64,000 bases of DNA, taken from Entomortierella parvispora E1425. Its lineage: Eukaryota > Fungi > Mortierellomycota. Below the pieces are notes generated by a model, which saw only the letters and a list, made by a program, of their open reading frames with translations, was not told the origin of the DNA and searched no databases. The stretch covers positions 2,356,001-2,420,000 of the forward strand of contig BQFW01000004.1 in assembly GCA_020891255.1 (NCBI GenBank), in the 5' to 3' direction. Below are positions 25,701 to 36,596 of this stretch, piece by piece. A program made the position numbers and the translations under genes. Position 1 is the stretch's first letter; each line of letters begins with the position of its first letter.

Positions 25701-28312
25701 CCATGGTCGCAGGGAGCACATTGATTGATCCAGAGTGGAACTGACAGGACTATTCACAGCAATGACAAATGATAACCGTTAATACATGGACAAAGCAAGG
25801 ACGCAACTTTGCGATATAAAGCAATTTGAAAAGATGATTACCAGCTGCATCACAGTACGGATTGTCCTCCGGACATCCACCTCAAAGGCTCCAAGAACAT
25901 AGATGGTGGGCAGAGAGGCGCCCAGGTGCGGAAATACGATGAAGGTAGCATTGTCCTCCATAATGGCACGCAGCTTTGACCTTTCATTCTGCAACATCCA
26001 GTCAAGTTTGCGATTGGCAATGTCGACACTGAGCCGCACGACCTTTGGCTGAACTTGTCCATACACTCTCATGAGCTCCGCCTTGGCCAACTGCACATGG
26101 GCTGGCTCTCCAGTGATCGAGACAAAGTTGTGTCGGCGATCCATCGGCTCCCCATCGGCGCCTGTAAGGACAAAAGGTGAAGCAAGATAGATGCTTGTTT
26201 TCGTCTTGGCCATCAAGTCCTGCAGCCATTGACGTTTCCTGCCTCCGATCAAGTTTTGGAACTGGAGTCCAATCTGGACAATTTCCTCCACAACCCCAGG
26301 CTGAAGTGTATCAATCAAGATCAACAACAACCTCTTTGCTGTTTCTGCGTTTTCCAATGTTCCTGAAATAGACACCATCGCATTTTCGTCCCTTCCGAAT
26401 GAGGCTCCCGAGGCTCTACCCAAAGGGGCCTTGGCATTGGTGACTGTAATCGTTGTCCTGGTGATTGATGAGATCTCCCCAACAAGGGATTTTGGTGCTG
26501 GCGAAATCCTGGAGGACTGGTCCTCGCCAAAATTTGAGGGGGAGGGTGTTGCTGGCGCGGAAGTCGGTCCCGAAGCTGTAGAGATTAGTCGGGGGGTATC
26601 TGGTTTCTCAGCATCAGACCCTGCGTTTGCAGGCGTGGATGCTCTTGGGGTTGCGGGCTGCTCCGCAGACTCGGACTCGGGGCTTTCTGTCAAAGCCGCC
26701 ACCATATCTTTGCTGACAGACATGGTCAATGTCGTCTAATAATGTTTTTCCAACAAAAAAAAAAGAGGTCAGGTTAGATATATCTCAAGGAAAGGCCTCC
26801 CACGCCACTAGACCGACATGCACCCCTCATCACACGCCATCGCACGGTAGTGTACAGAGGCAAGTGTACCGCATGGCCTGCAAGAGCAAGGACGGGTTCA
26901 GTTGCCGATCAGAGGAGAGCTCTCCAGTCCCAACAAGAACAAAGGGGAGAACACGACACCAGGAAGGATGTCCGAAAACAAACACAGGGGAGGAAACAGT
27001 TTGAGGGATGGATGGATGGAAAGGCAAGAGGAGCAAAAAGGGAACAAAACAAGGGCGGGGTCTCCTCCCCTCTTTGCTTTCCTTCTTTCTCTCTTTCTCT
27101 CTCGCGGGTATCCCCCCTGGCCCTGGCGCGAGGGGGCGATGGTGGGTTCTATCTGTCGTAGGGTCGAACAGCTCAGCCCAATCCCGGTCCAGCCAAGACG
27201 GCGAGAGAAGAGACCATGGCACGAGATGGCCACCAGATCAGGGTCGCCTCCTACTGCCTTGCCCCACCACGCTTCTGCACAAACCACCGGTGAGAAGGGG
27301 ATGAACAAACCCAACATTGCAGCCCAGGAAAGAAAGAGAAAAAGAAAGAAAGAAAGGAAAAAAAGACTCAAAAAAAAACCACCGCGACGGAAAGAACACG
27401 TTGGTGCAGCAGCCGCATCCCCACTGCGGTCATAGTGCGGCCTGTCCCACGCCAACACTGTCTCTCTCTCTCCCCTTTCCTGACCTTGCTGCACCCCCTT
27501 TGGTCAACGTGCACCAATCAGCCAAACCACAGAGCCGATGGGCAATGACTGATGGCAAGCAGGAGCAGGGTCAAGACAAGAAATAGGTGAAAGCATGCCG
27601 ATCAGCCAGGGTGAAGGGGGCGTGGGCGTGGGCAGGGGGAACGGGCCAGGGGTGGCTGCTGCGGCCAGGGCATGAATTGATGGGGAAGAAACAGGGCCAG
27701 TGGTGTGATCATGACATGGAGAGACAGGGAGACAGGAGAAAAGGGTCCCTTTGCCTGCCAACATGGGTCTTGTCGGTGTTTTGTTGTTGTTGTTGTTGTT
27801 GTTGATGTTGGACACATGTCGCCACTCTGGAGCCTGGGGAGGGGATCAAGGGGAGGGACAGACACAGGGGCACAACAACATGTCACCACCGACAGACAGT
27901 CCAGGACGACATCCACAGCGCAATCCAGTCAGCCCGCACACCATTATTCTCATTGCTCAGTCGGCATTTGGGCAGTAATGTAGGAAGAAAGGGGATACAA
28001 ATGCTTTACCTTGAGCGGGTTTGACCGCAGGAATGCCCCACGGGCGTCCATGACCCTCGGATACGGGCCAGAGACGGTGACGTTGTATTGGTGACGGGTA
28101 TCGACAGAGGAGAAACTGCTGGGACGATGGTGCAATGCACTTGCAGCGCCAGCTGGAGAAGTCGAGATGTTGAGGGTAGCGTGACATTGGGGCCATGTCG
28201 AGATTTGGTCGCAGAGTAGTCTGAACTGCTCAGTGGCGGCGGTCTCTTCTGGCGAGCAAGAGGCCAGGTCCGAGGGAAAGGACAGAGACAGGGTCACGTA
28301 TTCCTCTGCCAT
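22755..28312 (-). CDS. Multi-KH-domain RNA-binding protein (Mug60/YLL032C-like), about 1365 aa. Exons 28312..28010, 26735..25842, 25749..24393, 24298..22755
   Basis: KH GxxG-type motifs: LIGGRKRQWLQDLMAKTKTSIY, HREFISGKKNGKINRIMKETGVKIKF, YHKRIIGVGGKNIQRIMKKYGVYVKFSNAEE. The four exons join in phase (NPLK/TTLTMS; VMQL/SCQFH; PEG>D/VLTNP). Intron 1 is 1274 nt. The C-terminal third is Q/G/S-rich. Confidence 0.9.
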
Positions 28313-29597
28313 GGCTCTTCTTGTTGCGGGTCGGTAAAAGAGGGTGTTGCTGAGACCTTTCGAGTCGAAGGATGCGTTGTTTTTTTGGCAAAGTAACGTA
28401 GGAAGGAAGTTTGGACGTGTCCGTAAGGATGACGAGGATGGGTGGCGTAAGGCGGAGAAGGAGGGAGGATGGGTCGATAGAGAGAGGTATATGTTGTCCA
28501 GGCGAAGCAGGGACGAAGGCGAGGTCGAGGACGAGGACGAGGTCGAGGGTATGCGAGATAGGAGCGAAGGGGACGACGATGAAGAGAAGGAGAACAAGAA
28601 CAAAACGATAGAAAAAGCATCAACAAAATGTAAATAATGGGTGTGACTGCGCGGGAGTGCCCTGGGCCAAGGCTGGCTGGCTCGCTGGCTGGCTGGCTGG
28701 CTGGCAACGTTGCAGCTCGTCTCCGCCCTTGCCTTCTCTTCCCCTCTTTTCCTTTTCTTCCCATGACAGGCAGGCAGAGAGGTCATAAATATAGAAACAA
28801 CCCGTTCAGTTTTCAGTTCACTTCAGCAACTGCCGCAGGAGACAGAGACACGATGAGTGAACTAAACACACGGCCAACACAGGGGACAGCTCACTGAGGA
28901 CACCACACAAGGCAGGGCAGGGGCTGCGATCAACACCTTTTGTCAAAGAGACGCAGACAGCTCGTCTTTTGTTTCCATCCTGCAGCCCCCTTTTTTTTTC
29001 AGACCCGAGTGCAGATCGGAAACATCGATCCACACAACATGCACAAATTGCCCCAAGGACAAAACACAACCGACACACGCGACATGGCCCTCTTCCAGTC
29101 GCCCGGGAACATTGCCCACCGCTCGGCGTTAGCTAAACATTGCAGTTGTTTTTTTTTGTTTTTTTTGCGCGGGAAACATCAAGGCACCATTCAATTGACC
29201 CTCAACCAACCAGCGTCAACTATGACCATCACACGCGCACACAAGAAAAAAAGGCAGAAAAACAACTGCGCGCCCAAACACTTTGAGAGGGTAATCCCTC
29301 CGAGGGCGAAGTATTCTAAACAAAAAAAAAAAAAAAAAAAAATGATTCATGCACCTGTCCTCGTTGCATGAATATCCTAAGAGTCCAACGGATCAACCTA
29401 CTCCGCCCAAGTGTACCTCATTCTTTCACTTTGAATATATGACTGTAGTCATTATAGCTCGTCAGCTGTTTTCTTAACAACAAAGAGTCTTCTTCTCCGG
29501 CTTCTCGTGGAGACTTCTGCAAAGATTAGGGATTATTTATTGGATTTCATTATGTCATGAAAATGATGTAGGAGGGTGAGAGGAGGACACAAGACCT

Positions 29598-30636
29598 CTA
29601 CCGGACCATGCTTGTGAATCCTCCCATGGTGTTCAGAACTACTTCTCGTTTCTTCTTGATATTTGAGTCATAGAACTTGTTTGCACAATCCAATTGGGCT
29701 TGTGGGACCATAAAGACGACCTTGGTCTTGGCCCTCAAGCCCTGACCGTCCAACTGTCCGGCCTCAGTCATCACCTTGATGGCCACCTTCTCTCTCCTAG
29801 GACTGCCAGCCTTACCCGTCCAAAGCTTGAGCAGCTCTCGAGTCTTTGTCCTCAGATTCACAAACTTGTCCGTGGCCCGACCCGTCATCGTCATACAAGA
29901 CTCGATCGCCCTATCAATCGACTCGGGCTCCGACGCCAAGATATCCGAGTTCAAGATGGATCTTGCCGCCTCAAAATGCAAGTACTTGGCTGCCAGGGAC
30001 AAGACATTGCCGTCGCGAGGCGCTTGCAGTGAAGTGTCGGCACCCTTGGCCACCATCTTGGTCATCACCTCGACTACATCCTCGGACGAGATCTTGGGGT
30101 TCTTCATCAGCAGATGCAAAGGCGTATAACCCTGCACATCCCTGGCATTCACCTCGGCGCCAGCGGCCAAAAGCATATCCAAAGCTTGAAACAAATGAGC
30201 GGATCCATTGTCGTTCTTGACGGGTATATAACGATCCAACAGGATATGAAGACAGTTCTGCATCGATCGCTTGGCGAGCAATGTAATATCAGCATCCTGG
30301 TCCATCAATTCTTTGAGGATTGGCAATGACGTTGGCAAAAAATGACCCACGCATGTTTGGATGGGCGTGATCTCACATTCGAGTGAGAATGTGGGCACGA
30401 TCGCGTATCCGTTCAGATCATGTCCAGAAAGGATGTACCATTCAGTCATATCAGGGTTCGACACGCTCACAGCTTGATGCAGCGTCTGAGGGCGAGTAAA
30501 GGATTTCATCTGGCCGTTTGGTCCAGGAGAGACGGAGCGGATGCTGTTGGATCTCGTAGCCGTGTACGTGCTGAGGGCATCGCCATCAATGCTATCAGAG
30601 ACTGTGGAGATTTGGAAAAAGATTAGCCTCAAGAAC

Positions 30637-30668
<32 letters not shown>

Positions 30669-32651
30669 GTTCTTGGGCTTTGGTGGCGGAAAAAAGGTCA
30701 AAGACTTACCGACGGTGGAAATAGACATGCCCGACATGCCCAAATCGTCTCCTGGCAACATCAACATATCCATAGGTTCAACTACCACCAACATCTGCAA
30801 GGTCTCCTCCACTACCTCCAATGGTGGTCGCGACTCTGGCTCAGACTCCCAGCACATCTTGAACAACTGTTCATAAATCTCAGGCGTGCCTACAACAGTC
30901 TCCTCACGCAAACCCTTTGCGATCGCAGACGCGAGCTGCTCCATGTTCTTGGCCAATCGCGGCCCAGCTTCGGCACGGGCGACAATCTCATCGAAAGGCA
31001 TCCGTCCCGAAGACAACTCCCACAACAAAACACCCAAGGAATACACCTCCCAATCGGGTGTATATGGCCCCTTCTTTTGAATCTTTTCTGGTGCCATATA
31101 CACCATCACGGCTGAGGGCGAGGGTTGGGCTGTCATTTGGCAGGGAGCAGATGTAATCAGTCCTCCAGGGACACCGAATCCAGTCAGGATGGCCACACCC
31201 TCGCTGTCGACCAGAATGTTGCCAGAGTGCAAGGTGCAAGGAATGCCCTGGGCGGTCAGGAACCTCAGTCCTTGAGCCATGTCGAGGGCCAACTTGTAAC
31301 GTTCAGGCCATTGGATAGAGTCAAAATGATGGTCGAGGAATTGCCGCAATGACCCGTAGCTGGGCTGTTGGAGAAGCAAGGCCGGCACCTGGCCAGCGGT
31401 TGGATGAGAGCTAGGGAGGTAGCCATAAAGTTGAATGATCTGTCGACACTTGCGCAGATTGTGAAGGGATTGAATCTAGAAATAAAAGGATACTTTTTTT
31501 ATCAGCTCAAGGTACACAGCTCGTTGGTTGGTTGGCTATCATCGACTCGAGGAATGACTGGAAGGTTGGGAGAGGTTGGGAGCATCACTTGTGGCAAGGG
31601 TGCTTTGTTGTCATTGAGCAGGGCTGAGAGAAGGAGTGGGGTTTGTGCGTGAGTGTTTTAATACACAACCCAGAAAGGGGAGGGAGAGAGTTTGAGAGCC
31701 ACAACAGCATTGGTCGTTGGAGGGTCGAGGACATGGCACTGAGAGCCTGTCCCTCATCTGAAGGACCAAGGCGGATGTTGATTCGAATTGTGTCCAAAAC
31801 AAGGCACGTCGCGCCTCTCCGCCGTCCAGGCACAACCTTTTTTCTTTTGTTGTGAAAGGGGGCAGGGGTACAAGAAGCCGTTGGGAGGATCGGTCTTTTC
31901 TTCGGTGTTCTCTTCTTCACTTCCTTGTGATCACATTGGTCGGTGTTGCAAAGACATCGAGTGGACAGGGATCATTCCTGCTGACGAAGAAGGGTGTGTG
32001 CGGGGAAGGGACCGTGTGATGGATGGGGAGGAGGGAGCCTCTTCTTTCATTTCTGCTTACCTCTTCAAGGACCTCTTCAGGGCCACCCCACCGATCCGCA
32101 GGCACGACCTGCACCTGTGTCTGCTTCCAGGTCGCCACCTGAACCTGTTGGCTTCCACCAATCATTCCTGGGAACTTTGCGTTCTCGGCCGTGATCGGCA
32201 CAGGAACATGGCTCAGATCTGTCAGCTCTTTCATGAACACCGGCCGGCAAGTTTGTTGGAGCCATTGAAGGCACTGTCGATAGCTGTCAAGATCCAGAGG
32301 TTGTTGTTGCTGTTGTTGTTGTTGCTGATTTTGAAGAGGGTTATAGTAGACTGTATCGTCTTCTTCCACGGCACTCATGCTTCCACCTCCGCCTCCACGT
32401 TGCTGAGACGAGGGTGCGCCAGATACGGCTGATGATATACTCCCATTCCGGATGCTGTTGCTTTTGAAAAGACCGCCGAATTTGCTGCTACCGCTGCTTG
32501 ACTCTGCTTCGTTTGTCTTGCTGCTCTTGCCGCTTTTGCCGCTCTTGCCGCTTTTGCCACTCTTTCCACTTTTGACTGAACTAGCAGAAGATGAATCCTC
32601 GGTCACGAACTGAGCCGTGGGGATCTGGGCTATGGATGGCATTCCAAACAT
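29598..32651 (-). CDS. TKL-like kinase-fold (predicted pseudokinase) fused to C-terminal ankyrin repeats, about 786 aa. Exons 32651..32061, 31475..30710, 30601..29598
   Basis: Kinase-fold motifs: ATWKQTQV, EVLEE/IQSLHNL, LHSGNILV, YMAPE, VYSLGVLLWELSSGRMPF, LFKMCWESEPESRP. Ankyrin motifs: AGAEVNARDVQGYTPLHLL, KGADTSLQ, NVLSLAAKY. Introns of 585 and 108 nt have canonical GTAAG donors and in-phase acceptors. Confidence 0.9.
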
Positions 32652-35600
32652 GGTGATAATGTTCTGCTGAGTACTGAGGGAGCGAGGTGGGAGGGCGAGT
32701 GTACTTCAGTGCGAGGGCGAGTTCGAGGCCTGGACGGGATCTGTGAGAAATAAGGTGTGGATTTTTTCAAGGCTTATATTGAATTGAAACCCAGGGTAGG
32801 TTTTGGTTTTGTCGAGAGTGGAGACGGGAAAAGTGAAGAGGGATAGCAATGGCGGTATCGATATTGACGGCGAGGGACGAGGTTAATGTAAGAGCGAGGG
32901 TGGAACGGTGGTGAAAAGAGTCGCAACGGTCAAGAGAATGAGAAACGGAGGGAAGAGAGTCTATTGGACACAGAGGGGAAAGGGGCGATACTTGAAGAGG
33001 TGAATATAAAGAGGGTTCAACGATGTAGGGAATAGAGAGGAATGTAGGGAGTGAAGAGAGCAAGTATGAGAGACACGAGGATGCGGAAGGGAAGAAGGGA
33101 AGAAGGGAAGAAAGAAGAAAAGGAGTGGCAAAGAGGTAAAGAGGAGAAGAAAAGGAAAAACGAATGAGTCTGCAGCAAACCGGCCATCCACCCAAGGACA
33201 CAGAAAAAAGAAGGTTACGAGCCTTGCATCCTACAATTCATCTCCCTTCTGGTCTTGGCTTGGTCTGGTCCTCGGCCCTACTAGGTCTGGTCTGGCCAGA
33301 CCCCTGCTCTCACCAACCAACACAAGAGGGAGAAAGCGACCTAAAACCAAAACACCTCCAGGCTTCCTTCACCCTTTCGTCTTCTTTCATAAACAAAGAC
33401 CGCCGAGGAGATTTCAACGCGATGCCGTATCTCGGCCGAGATAAAGGTTGAACATGGACACATCGAACAGAGAACGATGGAGAGCTACATTACAATCTTC
33501 CTTGTGTTGCCGTCAGTGCTGGCCTGTGTGCGCCGTGGCAATGACCTTTGTTTGTCTCTCTGCATGCTCAATCCACCAGATGTGGGGCAGCCACAATCAG
33601 CCCGCGATCGTTCACTGTTGATTCCCTCTTTTGCTCGGGCTGCCTGGAGAGGAAGAGACTGTGTGTGACCCACACCACCGATCCGCCTTCTCGCTCCATC
33701 AGCCCATCAGACTCATTGCCGATTACAATCTCTTGCAAGCACTGTTTGTTTTCCACATCGTTATTGCCTGTAACCATCTTTTCATCTGTCTTGAAAGTGA
33801 CACTCGTGCAAAAGACCCCCAAAATTTGGGTCAAGCTCAAGACTCTTTTTTATGTTTTTGTCTGCTCCATGTCCAACACCACAATTGATAAGAGGACGGC
33901 GCCCACTCCTGTTCCTCATGTCTTGCTTTCTGTGCTACAAACATGTACCCTATTCAACGTTAATGGAACTAAAAACGCGTTATAATCATTTATCCACGAA
34001 GTGTTTTTCTTCGCCTAAACTGTTGAGAAAAGGGGGGTGCCTGCTGGAAGAGTTTCCCTGCACTGTGAATCGGTGCATCGTTCATGTACCTCTGAAAGTG
34101 TGCTTTGGGCAAGGGAGAGGAAGGTACTCTGAGACTAATTCGCTTTTTTTTTGTACGATGGGGAGAATACACGCCTCAACAACAACAAAAGCGAGCGGGA
34201 CAAGAAAGGCGGCATCTTTTTTAGATGTTGCCTCGGCACATAGCTGGATTCCGGACTCAGGTCCAAAAGGGCTGGAGTCAGAGAGAGATGGGGGCACAAT
34301 CTTTTCAAAGACACCCACGGATCAAATCGATAAGAAACCTGCAATCGACAGCACTGTCCTCGAGAGCGAAATCCGATTCTTCTTTCCCTGACAACAACAC
34401 AGACAAGCAATCTCCCTCTTGCGCACACACGCCAGAATAAAATGCGTGGAAGACTGAATGGGGAACGAGATATGATCGGGAACAGTCCTCTTGGAAGCAT
34501 CATTTCATTTGCATAGCCCAAGAAGTCACTTGAAAAAATCTGGACGCAGTTTAATTATCGAAAGGTACCTCTTCCCATCCAAGCGTCTCCCTATCAAACG
34601 GACAACAGTTCTGGAGCTCGATAAGGTCATTTGATGGTCAGCTTCGCCGTTTATTGTCCTCATGGCCCTTTTGCTTGTACTCTTATTGTCACTCTCGCGC
34701 CCCCTCTCTCAAAATTTCATTTCTACAATAGCGGGGCGATACAGAAACGAGGGTACTCGGACCTGACCCACTTTTTTCCTCCACCTTGGATGTGTTACTT
34801 TGTTCCTGAAGGTCCAGCAGGAGCTTTTTTTTTTTTTTGGGTCGGCGGGATTTGAAGTAGTGAAGAGGGATCTGAGAGAACCCGCGCGCCTTCGCTTTGG
34901 GAGAAACGAATAGAATTGAAGGGCAGAAAGTCAGACTCTTTCATTTCTGCCGTCCCACGGACGACGAAAAAAAGAGGGGGGGCCCTTTTTGTCCTCCCTC
35001 CAATGAATGAATACGGGGCCCCTCCCAGCGGAGGTAAAGAGAGAAGGCTACAGTCGGGCGCCTGACTTTGACCATAAACGCCCACAAGCTTTCAGCGGAT
35101 GTATTCGCTCCAGCAAAACACTTTTCCGATTCTTCCGTGCCTTGGATCTCATTCGCTTAGATATTCAAAAGATTCAACGCCAGCCAAAAAGGCAAAAGGT
35201 CTGGGAGCGGGAGCCCATCCCCCTATTTTTTGGGACAGGGGCGGACGATCGAGGTAGAGTAACACAACCAGCCTTCAATAGTGCTCTTCCGCTGCTGTCA
35301 GACCGACTTGCCGATTGACTGACGAACTGACAGACTAGCTGTAAGGGCCTTGACGATGATAGTTCAGATATTCAATTGAGAGAGCCGTTGCTGAGCAAGA
35401 GTGGAGTTCGTATTGAAAATGAAAGCAAGATGGTTCAGAATGAAAACAAAAAAACTCTGATCGTCAAAGAGGAAGAGCAGCGGCCGATCACTCGTCGCCT
35501 TGTGCAGGCGGGTCAAAGCTCTTTGTTTTTTTTTTCCTTCTTCATTTCTCGTCCCAACGAACGAGCTTTCTTGATCTGGCCCTAGGGAGCTTCCTGTGCC

Positions 35601-36596
35601 AATTCATAGTTCCGAGGACTTTATTATTGTAAACACGGTTGTTGGGGAGGAGAGAGCGAGAGACAAGAGATGGTGTTTTTGGACTCTTGGTCTGGTGCTC
35701 ACAGTTGTGAGTTTGCGCGTTTCTTTGCCTGAGGTTGTCAATTCTCTCTACATGTACACCCACACAGCAAGATGGTGCAGATTCTACATTTCTACGGCGT
35801 TTAGCGTACAAGAATGTGAGAACATACCTCGACGTTCTGTGCAGGTGTGCGTACCTCAAGAAAGAAAACAGGTTTAATTGTACTGTGGCGGTACTCCAAA
35901 GGCCCAAGACGTCCAGACCGAAACTCAGGCGGAATGCCGCGTTTCTGGGATCTCTCTTTTGAGGGCAAGGGCCACGCATGTGGTAAATTGGTCAGAGTCA
36001 GTGGCCGGATGGTGATTTTTGTTCGTCCTTTTTAGCTCTTGCTCCGAGCAGAGTCGAAAACTGGCGCGACCCATGTGCGAGTGTGTTTCTCCTCTCTGGA
36101 GAGGAAGCATGGCCGGGATGCACACAATAATGCCGCTGTTTCAGTGCGACCACCGGGCGGAGCAAGGCAAGACCAGCTCGGACATGGCCGACGCGAGTGT
36201 GACGCCACCAAACATCCAAAACGGGACATAGTGATGTAATCTCGTTTTGTGGTCGAGTGGGGAGGGTGGGTGCATGCATCTGTCTGTGTGTTTGCGCTTT
36301 GCGTGGGAGCGAGGGGCTGTCTGGTTTTTCCATTTCTCTTCCCTTTGCACTGGAGTGCATGCGTTGCGCAGGATTGTATTATTGCCGCTGTCTTCGTCAT
36401 GGAACGGCTTCTCCCAGAGAATGGGATCTCTAAAAGCGGTTCGCCGGTTTGCTTCCTTCGCCTTTTTTTTTCATCCCCCTTTTCTCTTTCTTTGTTTCTT
36501 TCTCACTTTCTTTATTCAACCCGCATCTACTCCCCTGCCTGCCCTCCTATCCCTCATCCAAAGGTTTCCATTCCCATCCCTCCTCGTCCTCCAATC

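Noticed and set aside
33428-33443. Perfect 16-bp palindrome TATCTCGGCCGAGATA in the divergent promoter region
   Set aside because: About one such palindrome is expected by chance in 64 kb (64000 x 4^-8 is about 1), and there is no second copy or other support.
36249-36596. N-terminal extension of the 584-aa track ORF
   Set aside because: It starts at GTG, has UTR-like pyrimidine-rich composition, and the ATG at 36597 directly precedes the membrane anchor.
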